Part shown: positions 39,601-52,003 of the stretch, one piece after another
Position numbering within the stretch: position 1 is the first letter of the stretch
How the letters are laid out: each line of letters starts with the position of its first letter
From: Acanthaster planci
Taxonomy: Eukaryota
DNA: 64,000 bases
Direction: 5' to 3'
NCBI RefSeq assembly: GCF_001949145.1
Contig: NW_019091358.1
Location: 3,032,535 to 3,096,534 of the forward strand
Notes under the pieces: generated by a model
The model's database searches: none
What the model was told of the DNA's origin: nothing
What the model saw: the letters and a program-made list of their open reading frames with translations, nothing else
Program-made: the position numbers and the translations under genes

Positions 39601-42600
39601 ACAGCCATGTAAAGTCCTTCCTCAGAACCTGGCTTGCATCTCTAGTCAGAGGCGGGTCAAGTGTTTCCAAAGACCACCCCCCCCAGACTGAGCTGCTTAC
39701 AGGGAACTGGGCCCTGAGTGCAGCCAGCCATGTGGAGGAGCGGAAGAGAAACATAAGAGGCAACTTTTTTTTCTGTCTCTCCCACATAGTCACAGTGAGT
39801 GTTTGCACACGTCTGTTTGCCATGCTGGTCGCGGCCATTTGCTTTGCCCTGTATAGTGCTAGTAAATTGCTTGCCTTGTTTATAGTGCCCGAGTCAATAT
39901 GGCGGCTGCACAGGCCGGATGAATCCGGCAGCACACACCCGAGCAGCATCCACCGCATGTTTGAGGTTAGCTGTCGGTGTTGTAACAAGGATCAGTGTGG
40001 ATCAATACCACACGGGCAGTGTTTGTAATGAATGGCCAGTGAAATTCAAATGGAAATTTGTCTTGACAGTGTTGGACACTGTTACCCATGGCCGCTAAGC
40101 TGTACAGCTATTCTTTTTCTGAGGATTTCTACCTCGTTTCTTCAGTAATCTGTTACAATGCCAGTACATGCCTGTCTCAGTGTACATTTATATTTCCTAA
40201 TAGCCGAGTAAGACTTCCATTGTTTCACGTGGGAAAATTGTGGATAGTTGTTTGATTTGGTAAGAATACAAGTACCTGATGGGAGACTGCTTAGAAAGCA
40301 ACTCTTGGTGTTTATGCACATGGTCCTTCTTGTACTCGTGCTGCAATTGTTGGTGGGCAGGAATTCCAAATTCTCCAGTCCAGCGGATATCTGTTTGTCC
40401 CACCCTTTGACCTTTCTCTCAGAGAGCACCCCTAGCCACTCCTCCTGCCCAAGACTGCAACAAATGAGGTTGGTTGGCCAAGCGCGACAGCCTCTCGGTC
40501 ACACTCCCATGGACCACTTCATGAAGTGTGAATTGAATGCATGCATGCAGGCAGGCAGAAACACAAGATGGGCCCACTGTTTCCAAGTGCACTGAACCTG
40601 GTGTTTTGAGAGTCAGCAAATTCGGCAAGGCTGACATGAACAGGGTAGGGGAAATGGAACGTGAAATCTTCCCTGCGCGCAGTTGGACTTGAAAAGGAGA
40701 GATTCCCTGAAAGCGAAATGAACGAAATACAACAAAAATTAGCCCAGGAGTGTTGAGAAGTATGACCTGTGCATTTTGTGCAAGTTGGCCTTGACCATTT
40801 TTACTAATTGGGCCAAAATGCTGTCAAGGACAGAAACAGTAATGAAACGTCATTTCCATCAATTGGCAATGGTGCTTGGTCTTGTTGTTCAATGCACTAC
40901 CGTATCTTTGGCAATCAGGAATTTCAAACTGCTTTTAAATAGTTACAAACATGCTGAGTTTTGAATTTTTTTCATGGTGAAGGTGGCAAGCCAAGATAAT
41001 AAGTTCTTTACCTGAACCACACATACAAGGTTCATTAGTCCATGGTGCTACCGCCAACCTACTACCTTTGCTTACAAACATGAGTTTCACATGCTGCGCT
41101 GCATTAAATCTGTTCTCTGTCACTGATATTTTTAACAAGTCAGCTTACTGAAAAGGGCCTTTTCCAAAAAGGAAAAGCTTAGCACTGCAGTTTTAAGCAC
41201 AGTCCACAGTAGTATATCAGCTCAGAGACTGCACATGAACCACACAAATGTGGAGACTCCTCAAGCATGTTGTGCACGTGGCATGGCACCGTTTCAAATT
41301 TTCTGGGCAGACACATCGGCCTGTGGACAAGTAATAAAAACAAAACCTGGTGGCAATTGCCCATGCATGCCATACTTGCGAAAACAATTGAGATCTGTCG
41401 CGAGCACCCGTTGCCCCGTGGTACGCCACCTGAAACCCGCTTGACACAGTCACTGGACACCTCTCATCATTTGTGCCCGACTCTTCCCCAAGTGAAAACA
41501 CTATCGAAAGGCGCACTCGTGGGCTGGGCGCAGTGCTCTCGTGGCAGGCCGGAGTGGTCACGAAAAACCAGCGGCGATCCACCCGCCGCGCTATAAAATT
41601 TGATTGGTTTGTAACCAGAACACCCAAGTGCGTCTTTATTAGGTCATTTGGCTCAAAGGATACTATGCAGAGAGCCTTTGCTGCAGATCCCCTTTCCAAA
41701 AAATCAAGAAAAAAAAATTAAGAGAGAAAAAAATTTAATTAATTATCTCATAAGGCTGTTTTCGATTGAATAACAATCTCACCTTATTTCAAGTATCTTT
41801 TTGCGAGGGGTGTTTATTGTTTGTTTCCACAACATTTTCAGCATTAATCAAAGGACAATCACTATCAGTTACGAATATCATTGTTGTATGTGCATGCTTT
41901 GAAACCTCCGTAATATGGTACATTGTATTGGGCAGTTACAATTTGGTTGCGACATGCTCAGCACGTGGAGGAGATTTTCTGAAGTTAGACTGCACCGCAT
42001 GTACATGTATTTGGCAGCGAACATGGAATTAGTCATCCCACTCTTTACTGATACACCAGAGATTTCTTATACATCTAGAGTTTTTTTTTTTTTTTAATTC
42101 TTATGAATTTCGAGGTGAAGCAGAACCCCTCCCAGTGCATTTTGAGTGGAATTGACGCTGAAAACCGTGTTCCAGCTAGCTCTGGCTGCAACCCCCCCCC
42201 TTCCGAGTCTGCAAGTAAATGCTTGGGCATGCTCCAGTGGGTCAGGCCAGGGCTACACGGAGATGGAGCAAGCAGACACGCATGGCCGACAAAGCAACGC
42301 TTTTCATTAATATATTAGTGGCTTGGCCACGGCTGGCTGGCCGTGTATAATGAGGGTGTGAACTGGCCCTTAGCGCATAGTAATAGCCTATGCTTTGGGA
42401 ATACCACCCATGGCCAGCCAAGCGCAACCTGGCCTTCCAAAAGCAGCAGGCAGCGCGGGATGAAGACGGATGACTGTGCCAGGCTGTCTAGAGGATCATA
42501 GTCGTATTTTTCTGTTAATGGTCATGGATGGGTAACTGTGCATGACCGTCACACTTGGCAGGATGAAAATGCATATTTGTACATTTGGTTTGTGGTGAGG

Positions 42601-44816
42601 AAGGAGGAAAAGGATGGCTTTTTTTTTTTCTTTTTTCTTTTTTCTTTTCTCTTTTTTTTTTCCTTTCTGTTTTGACTTCTCTTGCGTGTCAAATGGCTTC
42701 ATGAGAAACTTATGCAAATTGTAAAGTGCACATGCTCCTTGTTTGTTTGCCGGAGGCTTTATTTGCAATTTATTTTAAAATTGCTGTGTGGAATTAGACA
42801 GTCTGAGCAGTCGGACCCTCATCTTTTGTGTATGACGCCACCAGTGCTTGTGACAGTCAAAAGAGCACACGTCATCCATGAGACACGTCACATCAGTTAT
42901 TGTCCCCCCCCCTCCCCCACAAAACAAATCCAACCTTAAGTCATGGAAATCAATTCTTGGTTTTGGGAAAGAAGCAAATATCAAACATTCATGTAAAAAG
43001 AATTGTTGCAGATACATCCAACTCTGCTTGTACACAAACGGTACTCGTAAAAAAACCAATATTCCACAAAACCATCGTGTCCTCAGTAATGGCCCACACT
43101 ACAGTCTGACGGGTACATTCATGGAATTTAACAGCAGCCCTTTGTCTTGTTTAAGAAATTTCTTGAGACCACAGACTTCAGACAAAACTACTAATAAAGT
43201 TATGTGATGCAACGTACATGTACTGGGTAGGTTTGATGTCATTCCATTTAATTTTGATTTGGAATACTGTACTTACTCTGTGAAGTGCATTAAGCCAACA
43301 GAAAAAATATTCCAAAGTACTTTCCGGCCTATTACAGTTGTGTTTGTCATCTCTTTGTTGTGAAAGTTGAATTTAAGAAAGAGGATCATTTTTTGCTGAC
43401 TGAATTAGGGAACCCATCAGGAAGTTGTGTGGAGAAAGAAGAAAATCCCCTTCTGGTTAGCCAAGAACAAAAAGATCTCCTCTGCGTTACAATCACTTTG
43501 GCCTGCTTTCAAATTGAGGATGGCAATTCTCAGTCAGTGGATGAAGTCAAGGACAGTTTGTGAAAGTGGGAGGGGGGAGGCTTCCCCTCGGGATTCAGGG
43601 CATATCCATTTAGCCCCCTTGCTGCCCTTACCAGAAGGTCAACTGTTGGCAATTGTGTTACCTTTTTCCTGTGAGTGGCCCAGCTGGAGTTGGATGAAGT
43701 AGAGGATTTTTTTTCCTCTCAGCCTTTTTTTTTGATGTACATCTAATTGAAAGGACTTCCATTCAGCAAGGGCAGTGTCTTCTTGCTCACAATATTTAAA
43801 GTGTCCCGTGAGAGCTCTGAAAAGCAGGCAGTTTTTACACAGTGGGTTGTGCTAATGTGCACTGCTTGCATTGTCTCGTCTTCAGTTCAGATCATCTGAG
43901 TAGTCAGTTTGGCTTGTGATTCACAGCAGAATCTCTTCAGGGCTGAATCTCTTCTCTCTCAGAAAAAAATCAGGTTTGAACTTGAAAATGCACATACAAT
44001 GTACCCAAGGAGACATTACCTTAATTGGTTTCTGAGTTGCATGTACATTACTTCCCCCTCCACTTGGCATTGCTTAATTAATGTATGTATCCACCTTTGC
44101 CGAAGCCATGGTACATGTATGTCCCCAACATGTGACTGCCAGCGTGCAGCATAGAGTCTTTTTCTGTTAAGAAATGAAAGCTGCCCCATTAAATTGAGTG
44201 AGTTCAGTTGCCACGTTTTGATGTCTTGCTTGGATAGTTTGCACATGACAGACAGATCGGTGGTCCAAAAGGAAAAAAAAAACCTCCCAGATGATCAAGC
44301 AAACTGCTTCCCTCCTCTGGGAGTGAACCCAAAACTGTCATTAGGGGAGTGTAAACCATGCAGTGGAGGCTGTCTGGCTAAAAGGAGAGCCACCGATCAT
44401 CAGCTGAGCGTGGTGATTGATCAGTCATGCTCTATTTATGCATTCCAGCTTCTTTTCTTCCCTTCCCCCCTTTGGTTGTTCTATACTTTTTGCTGTAATT
44501 ACAGTGGTCCATGCAGTCATCATCATGCAGTTGACCTGGGCTCTGGTTCACCTTGCATACCTGTCTCCAGCCACTGAGATTGATTCTAAGGTTCAGATAT
44601 AGTAATTATCTAAGACAGAATTCCCAAGCCTCCTCCATCCCACACACAAACACAAATTGTGGGACTGGTATACATGTACTGTATTCTGTGAAATGTTCTT
44701 TATACTTTCAGTTTGTATTCTACAAAAAGCTATTACCTGAAAAAAAAAATTTACTGCATAAATTTATGTGCTCCTAGGGTTCGTAATGTGTTTAGTATTT
44801 TTCATTTGGTTCACAG

Positions 44817-44879
44817 ACAGAAATTGCCAAACGTCTCAATGCGATCTGTGTACAAATCATCCCATTTCTGTCACAAGAG
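44817..44879 (+). CDS. gro: Groucho/TLE coding exon 5 (TEIAKRLNAICVQIIPFLSQE)
   Basis: acceptor ttcacag|, donor GAG|gtaaga; 63 nt. Confidence 0.97.
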
Positions 44880-45667
44880 GTAAGAATGATAATAAGTTCA
44901 AAATTTAGAAACATTTAATTCAAAAGCACTTTGGATCATTCTGAAATGTTGTAAAAATTCTGCATATCCATATGCTATGATTGTCTGGTCAATTTTCCGA
45001 TGTATAGTTGGTGCTTTTTATGTGAAATTTAATCAGTTTCATTGCAAAAGATAGTTTAGCTTGTTAAATTCTACTGAACCAGGTTTGCTATTTTTACACC
45101 TTTTTGGTTATTTCTCCACGACATTTGTTTCTTGGAAAGCTAAAACATGAAGTCCCTCATTGCCAACAGCTATTGTAATTGCATGTACCTGTATATTAAT
45201 TGACTGAACACCAATTAGCTTCCAACAATTTGAAATCCTTTTCTGGGCAAAATGTTTGTGATGTAATACTCATGTAGGGCCTATACCATGCATAAGAGCA
45301 GAGCAGGGAACGGAATTGTATTGACTTGCAGTTGGCTCCTGATTGCTGTGGTCACTGCTGTTGCAGCCAGGAGACTAGGGCACCAGGTCATACTCACACT
45401 TGCAGTATGCACACCAAAGCAGGGGAGACAGTTGTGAGACCATCAGGCATCAGTCATTAATACAGAAGGCCGATAAATTATAAGCCCCACCCCATTATAG
45501 GGTCAGCAAAAGTGGGGGGCCGTGGTCCCAAGTCGGAAAAGGGAAGGGGGCACTGACCTCCCTGGTTTCTCCCCTCCCCCCACTTCCACCAGCAGTGATG
45601 CATGCCAATTTTGTGCTACTGATTGCAGTCTTGCTGTTCACACCATTGCTGTGTCTTCTTTTTGCAG

Positions 45668-45742
45668 CACCAACAGCAAGTTGCAGCAGCTGTGGAGAGA
45701 GCCAAGCAGGTCACCATGACAGAGCTCAACGCCATCATTGGG
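45668..45742 (+). CDS. gro: Groucho/TLE coding exon 6 ([25 protein letters not shown])
   Basis: acceptor tcttctttttgcag|, donor GGG|gtgagt; 75 nt; end of Q domain. Confidence 0.97.
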
Positions 45743-47548
45743 GTGAGTCCCGAATAACCTACCAAATCCCTCCACAGGCAGTGCCAAATTTTACCAGTAA
45801 TGGATAGTCATGTTTGTGTGTGCCTCCATGGAAAAACAACCCCAGCCCAACAAACAGAAATCAACTTAGGGCCCTTCTCGTGTTTTTAAAAACCTTGAAG
45901 GATGTCCTTCAGTATTGTCAATCAGTTGTTCATTAGTTTGCAACAAATTCATAAATGGATTTTACATGTTCTGTCTCATCACAAGAGAAGACTGAAGAGT
46001 GGTTGTGATTGCCTTTAAGCAAAGAGAGAAGTTAAACATTTGAAAGCCTTTTTTTGCAGGCTTCTTTTATTGGTTCTTAGAAAAGACATCCGGTTATATC
46101 ACAACTTATAAGAAGAACTCGCCCTACAATGTATTTCATTTTCGAGGAAGCTTGCAGTAGGGATTTGTGTGTGTGATGCACACCTTCCCCTATGCCGTAG
46201 CCCAACCCACCGAGGGCTGACCCGTCCACTTTCCCCCTGGCTTTGCAGTATGAGTTTGGGTGATAAACCCACGTGGAACTGGCCCATAGGAAGAGGTCTG
46301 AGCAGACTTTCCTTCCTGCACAGACAAAAGTACCGGTAGTCTGGGTTATCGTGGACGTCTTCCCAAATGGCATATGTATCTGGACATCTTACATACAACA
46401 AGATTACATTAAGGAAGCATTTGCCAAGCTTGTCCATTGTTAAAACATGTTATCCTCAAACTCGCCCCCCCCCATATTTGCATATGTCATTTTTGTTGGT
46501 CTTACCAGTATTCAATTAGTGATGTCAAGACGACCCCCACCCCCTTCTTGGAAAAAAAAAACAAGCATAATTCAGGGACGTGGGAAGTTTCAAATTCCTC
46601 TTTGCAGTTGGGTTGGCATGGCGTGGCTTAGCATGAGATCTTAATTTGAGTCTGGTGAATGTTTGTGGTTCAGCGGTTTTTCTGTTCACAGCACAGTACA
46701 CCCACCCAAATGTGAAAGTGGATTTTATAGCCTGACTCAGGCAGTGCGGAATTTGCCCTATTCTCCACAGCCACTGATTGTAAAATTCAGCGTGACTGTG
46801 CAGCCCAATTTAATCAGTGAGAAATATAATAATAGAAAGTCGCACACTTACGTTGTGTGTTTACCAAAGAAAGGTCACAGAGAATAGAGGGCAAAGATGC
46901 TGACCCCTGGTAGAGATTGGTTTGTTTTGGGTTCGCCAGTCCCCAGACTTGCAAGAGAATGATTGAAAAGGTCACAGGCATCATTTGACAAAAATAAATC
47001 CAGTTTTTGTTTGGGAGAGGGGGGGGCTAGCTAGAATGCCAGTATAGCAGAGAGCTCCTTGTCTACAGAATGAAGTACAGAAGTTTTCTGTAGGGCCGTC
47101 CCCCAACCGCTCCAATCATTGAACCTCCCTGTTGTCACATGTGTTTAAGCATTTCGGTATACATTATCTTAACGATATGTTTTTCAGATAAGATTATCTG
47201 GAAGTGTGAGCGGACGATAAATTCAAGTAACGTATACCCATCTCTACATAGATAAAGTTGCACCCTGAGCTATTTTGTCCCTTAGTTTGCAGCCACAAAA
47301 GAACAGGAGAGTTGCTGTCTTCCACTGGAAGATGGAAATGTCTCAAGATGTTTAAGGTTTTAGTTTTGAAATCATCAGCATTCTTTTTTTTTTGTGCGGA
47401 TGTAGGATACAAAAGCAACATTCAAAGAACAAACGAAAGAGGAAAAAATCCATATATTGTTGCCATGACACCCATTGCGCCCACTACCCAATCAGGCCCA
47501 GCTCAACCACCTTCTCATGTAGGCCTGTATCTTTTGTTTCTTTCTCAG

Positions 47549-47575
47549 CAACAGTCGGCGTTTCCGCACTTTTCC
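47549..47575 (+). CDS. gro: Candidate 27-nt frame-preserving microexon (QQSAFPHFS) at the Q/GP junction
   Basis: strong acceptor cttttgtttctttctcag|, donor TCC|gtaagt; phase 0-0; starts QQ as expected after NAIIG in TLE proteins. Confidence 0.72.
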
Positions 47576-50500
47576 GTAAGTTTCAGTTTCCTTCTCTTTT
47601 CACTGAAAATACATTTTTGACGAAGTAGACGCAGAAACAGACCCCAGAAAAAAAAAAGTCTGGCGTGGTTCTCGTTTGGGGGGGAAAAAAAGGAAACTTC
47701 ACTTGTTTGCGTTGCAAAAGTAGATGCGAAACCAGACCCCTTGAACTGCTTGGTTTGGTTTGGTTCGGTTCTTGTTCGGGAGGAAAAAGTTTGCCAATGC
47801 AAGGAAAAAGAAATGATGAAAAACAAATCGTAACTACAGAAGCAGATGGAGTCATTGACTTTACTCAAAAGGTGTTCCAGTGCACATGAGTTTATTGAGA
47901 CACAAAATGTCAAGCATAAAACTAGGTTTTGGAAACTGAGTTACACAACAGGAATTAAATCGCATGTCAGTAGGCTGCGTGCGTATACAGAACATTATGT
48001 GGAGAGTTTTCTGCGAGGACATGTATCCGTATTTATGAACGCCTGTGCTAGTACACCTTTCCATTTGCAACCTTAGTGTGATGACACAGCCATTTTGGTT
48101 TGGTAAGTGGTCAAGTCATTTTAGAAGGGACAAGGTTCAAGATGTGAAGCTTGTACTGAAGTGCTTTTAACACAAGACACTCGGGTCTGTTCAAATCATT
48201 GTAATGGTTTCTACATGCTGTATGTGTTTGTTTGAGACTGGGCCTGGGTAATGTTGGTTGTGAATTACATAGTACACACTTTCTTATTACATAAATATTG
48301 ATCAATACCGGTACTTCCCACGTTAGTGTTTTGAAATCGTCCATTTCAAAAGCTTTAATGGTGAACAGATGTTTATTATATGGAAAGAGAGTTGCTTATT
48401 AAATACAGCCTAGTCCAACGTAAGATTTTTAAAAAAAATAGAATACCTCCGATTGAAAAGCGTTATTTTGGAGCCAGGAAAGTCCCCACTCGCACCACAT
48501 TTGTGGACTGGGGTACCCTGGAGGAGCGATCGACGGGTAATTACATTCTGTACTGGCTTTGTGCTCCCTTTTAAGTCAGTAGATATTATTTGCTGGTTTA
48601 TTTGTACTATGTAGTCATTAGAAGTACACCTATCACAGTACTTCACAGCATACATCAAACTGTAACGTGATGACATCGTGCTTTGTTTACATATGTACAC
48701 TTTCCTATAGCAGTGAGGTGGGACACAATCGAAACCCCGTAGGAAAGGGCACATAGGAAAACAAAGCATGACATCATTATGTTCTAGGTCTCTTGGTCAT
48801 TGTAAAATTGTTGGAATTACATGAAGATTGTCAAAACCATAGCACCAGCAGATAAGTATCTGCATTCAAGTGCACCGTTTCGGTCATCATCCCTTCCTCC
48901 TTCCCCAAAGCTCAAATGTGAGGGTAGATGATTTCTGGTTACCAGCTTTTACAGCTGCCACTAAAATAAACAACTTTTTATCTGAAGTCAAATAGGGTTT
49001 TTTTGGAGAGGGTTAAGACATGGGATTGGATAGTTGCCAAGGTCGCAGTCTTTCATCTTGTTAAATAGTCAGTGTCAACTTGACAAGCCTGCTTAACCAG
49101 ATTAAGAGAGGGAACCAGTGATAATTGGCATTCAAAGCATGTTTGCCCAAGTGCTCCCAGCTTAAAGGGATTGGTATTTAAGAACTTGATTTGTTGGTTT
49201 GTGTTTAATATTTGTTTGGGGGGGTGTAGAACTGTGGCTGATAAAGTTAATATGAAGCCAGCTGTTAGCACCATTGATTATTTTGTACTTTTGCAGTAGT
49301 TTGGAGTAACAGAATTTATAGCAGTTGCCATCAGCTTACTTAGGATGTCGGGATTCAAAATCGTTGAATGCTTGATTTGAACACTTAATGCTGACATGTA
49401 GTTTAGATGGTCGATGCATACATTTTTTGAAGGCCAATTTCCTACCTCTATGAGAGCACTAAATAAAAAGTATCAAGTCAAAAATATTACTCATTTCTTT
49501 GGTAACCTAATATTTTGCATTTAATGACACTGATGTGTTCATTAAATTTGTTAAACTTTTGGGTCTCTGTGCAATATTTCATTTTAAACTACACTTCAAT
49601 ATTCTCCATGCAATTCAATTCTAGACTTTCTAAACTGTATGACTGGCCCAGTAACAAGTTGGATTAAAAGGTTGAGAGATTTTTAGCTAATTTTCAAAGC
49701 CAACACAGGTCTTTGTTGCTGCATTGATTTTTCTCCTCATCCGGCACCCAGAACAGCATTCTGTCAAGCACATAAGAGAAGCGCCCTTAATTAATGCTAG
49801 TGTGAATGGGATGCTGTATTGTTGACTCTTGCCACTAATAATCTTGTGGGTTTTTGGGTGTGTAATACACAGGGCATTGTTCAGCAACAGCTGTTCTTTC
49901 AGGGATCAACTTGGAAAGTGAGTGTGCTCCTTAAGACAGCACCGATGTTAATTTAGTCACAGTGTTTCAAACAAACTGCCCTTGCCGTCAACCATTTTTC
50001 TTTGTGCTAGTGTGTGTGGCAGTCATTAATCAAGGTTCATTTTGCGTACCCGTATTGTAATTTGATTTTTTGATAAAGATATTAATGTGCTGCTGATTAG
50101 TAACTCGAATGACGAATAACATGGACATATTAAAAAGCCTGGACAAACAGATTCAAATTGGGACTTAAATTCTTATCCCTTTGGATGGCAGTAGTTGAAC
50201 CAGCTTGTTTAAAATGCCATAAGTTAAGTTAATGTCTGTACTGTCTTAGAAAACAATGAATTTTGCCTGCACTTATGAAGTAACCCTTACAAGCTTTGTT
50301 TCTCTCGTCCTAAAAAAAAATGGCTCGGAATGTTTTCACCGCATTTTCATCTTGTCACAGTAGTGTTTCTTTATAGGAGCATGAATGAGAAAATTAATGT
50401 ACATCTGTTAGCTCAATTTTTATTTTTGAAATTACATTTTTGGGGCTTTGGTTATGGTCGGACAGTTTGTTGTTGATTTTCGACTGTTTTAATTTTCATT

Positions 50501-50738
50501 TATGCCTGCAGTCTGTCACAAAACTACCAGAAATTTTTAACTTAATAGTGGGACGGCTATATGGTGTTCTCACAGTAGCTTGTTGTTTAGTAACATGTAC
50601 GTTGTTTTTAAAACAATTGCTGGGAAAGGAAGACTGTTTCCTAATGTTGTTACATTTGTGGTTTTTATTGTCCTTGTTGCCTGTAGCAAATTTACTCCGA
50701 ATAAGCTCCTATGAAAGATTCCTGTGTGGTCACAGCTG

Positions 50739-50859
50739 CATATATGCCACGTGACAATGGCCAGTGCTATAGAGTACCAAGGTGTGATGTCATTTACATA
50801 TATGCCACATGACATGGCCAGTACTACCGGTATAGAATACCGAAGTGTGATGCCATTTA
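50739..50859. repeat. Diverged ~60-bp tandem duplication
   Basis: catatatgccac.tgaca.tggccagt.cta...taga.tacc.a.gtgtgatg.cattta at 50739 and 50797. Confidence 0.85.
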
Positions 50860-51325
50860 GAACCAGGAAGTGCTGTACCAATTAATGAAGTACGCAAGCG
50901 TATTGTTTGCACGCAGGGTCTTGCACCAATATTGCCTTTTACACACATAATTGTGCATGTGACATATTCACTTCGGTACTTTATGTTGCTCATAATGATA
51001 TTTGACCAGTATTACATTGTTGAGATTGATGTTTGAAACAAATGCTCACCAAGTACCCGTTTGCTGCTGGTAATGTTCCAGCGAAGCAAAAATGTCCCGC
51101 ACATGTGTAAGAACCATTCTTGACTTGTTTGGATGTTTCAACGTCCCTCCCTTACAGTTTTCACCAGGAGCCTCTGAAATCAGCGGCGATAATTATTCCC
51201 AATCAGATTTCTCAAAGTGATATCTCAGCCATAAGATTTCTCTTGTCACGACTTGACTGGTGGGTGTATATCGAGAGCTCACTTCCTAGTTTGTTCTTTT
51301 TTATCCCCCCCCCCACTCTTCACAG

Positions 51326-51507
51326 GGAGGCCAGGCAGCTCTCCAGCACCCATTGCCCCACGCCCATGCCCCACCTGTTCCCCATGCCTGCCCACCCAGC
51401 CAGCATAGGCGGAGCCCCTGGTATGATGTCAGGGCACGGCTCCGGATTGTTGCAGTTGTCTAATGCCATGAACTCGCACCCTCCAATTCCTGTCAAGGAT
51501 GAGAAAG
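51326..51507 (+). CDS. gro: Groucho/TLE GP-domain exon, with an apparent +1 frameshift at 51380-51383
   Basis: acceptor ctcttcacag|; phase-0 reading gives GGQAALQHPLPHAHAPPVP, then the +1 frame gives MPAHPASIGGAPGMMSGHGSGLLQLSNAMNSHPPIPVKDEK. Together these resemble the TLE GP region (QHLSHxHGPPVP..PHP..GLLALS..KD(D/E)K). Donor AAG|gtataa. Confidence 0.88.
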
Positions 51508-51995
51508 GTATAAGCTGAAGTCATCAGTTTTTCCCTATCTGTTAAGTCAATCTATTGCTTTAAATTATAACTGTATTTTTTTAACACCATTATTTTGTAA
51601 CTTTTCATGAATGTGTGAATGTTATTTCAAAATTACTATAAGATCTAATAGTAAGAGAGCTTCAGCATATAAACTACTGGAAAAAACATTTTCCTTTGAG
51701 TTATATGAAAAGTGATTAGTTCTTTTAGGAATTATTCCATAGATATTGTCATCGTTTTGGCATTCAGCATTTAGTTGTGGCTGGGAAACTTGATTTTTCC
51801 ATTTGCAAGTCTGTCGATTATGTACAGCGAGATGAGTGTACTTGAAGTCATGATACTGCCCGTCAGTGTTTGCTTCAGATAGATAAAAACTAATGCCTTG
51901 CAATACTGTCTTTTTTGCACCTCTTCTTATGTTGTTCTGTCACTCTTCTGCCATGGATTGTTACCATCATGCCACCGTTGCATTTGTCTACACAG

Positions 51996-52003
51996 AGAGA
52001 CAG
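51996..52003 (+). CDS. gro: Candidate 8-nt microexon (AGAGACAG; completes E-R-Q)
   Basis: tctacacag|AGAGACAG|gtgagt; 111-nt AG-free zone upstream with branch-point-like ACTAAT at 51889; phase 1 to 0. Confidence 0.7.

Larger units (their letters stand above)
29765..52003 (+). other. gro: Groucho/TLE corepressor gene, 5' partial (spliced; continues beyond window)
   Basis: join(29765..29788,30603..30700,32106..32169,34066..34110,44817..44879,45668..45742) has GT-AG introns and translates without a break to [123 protein letters not shown], the Groucho/TLE Q domain. Further exons at 47549, 51326 and 51996. Confidence 0.97.

Noticed and set aside
39362..39988. Longest ORF in the track (208 aa, minus strand)
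   Set aside because: No recognisable domain, composition typical of translated non-coding DNA, lies antisense within gro intron 4.
51120..51518. ORF 51120..51518 as a stand-alone 132-aa gene
   Set aside because: Only its C-terminal part is TLE-like; it is the distal frame of the GP exon extended into intron.
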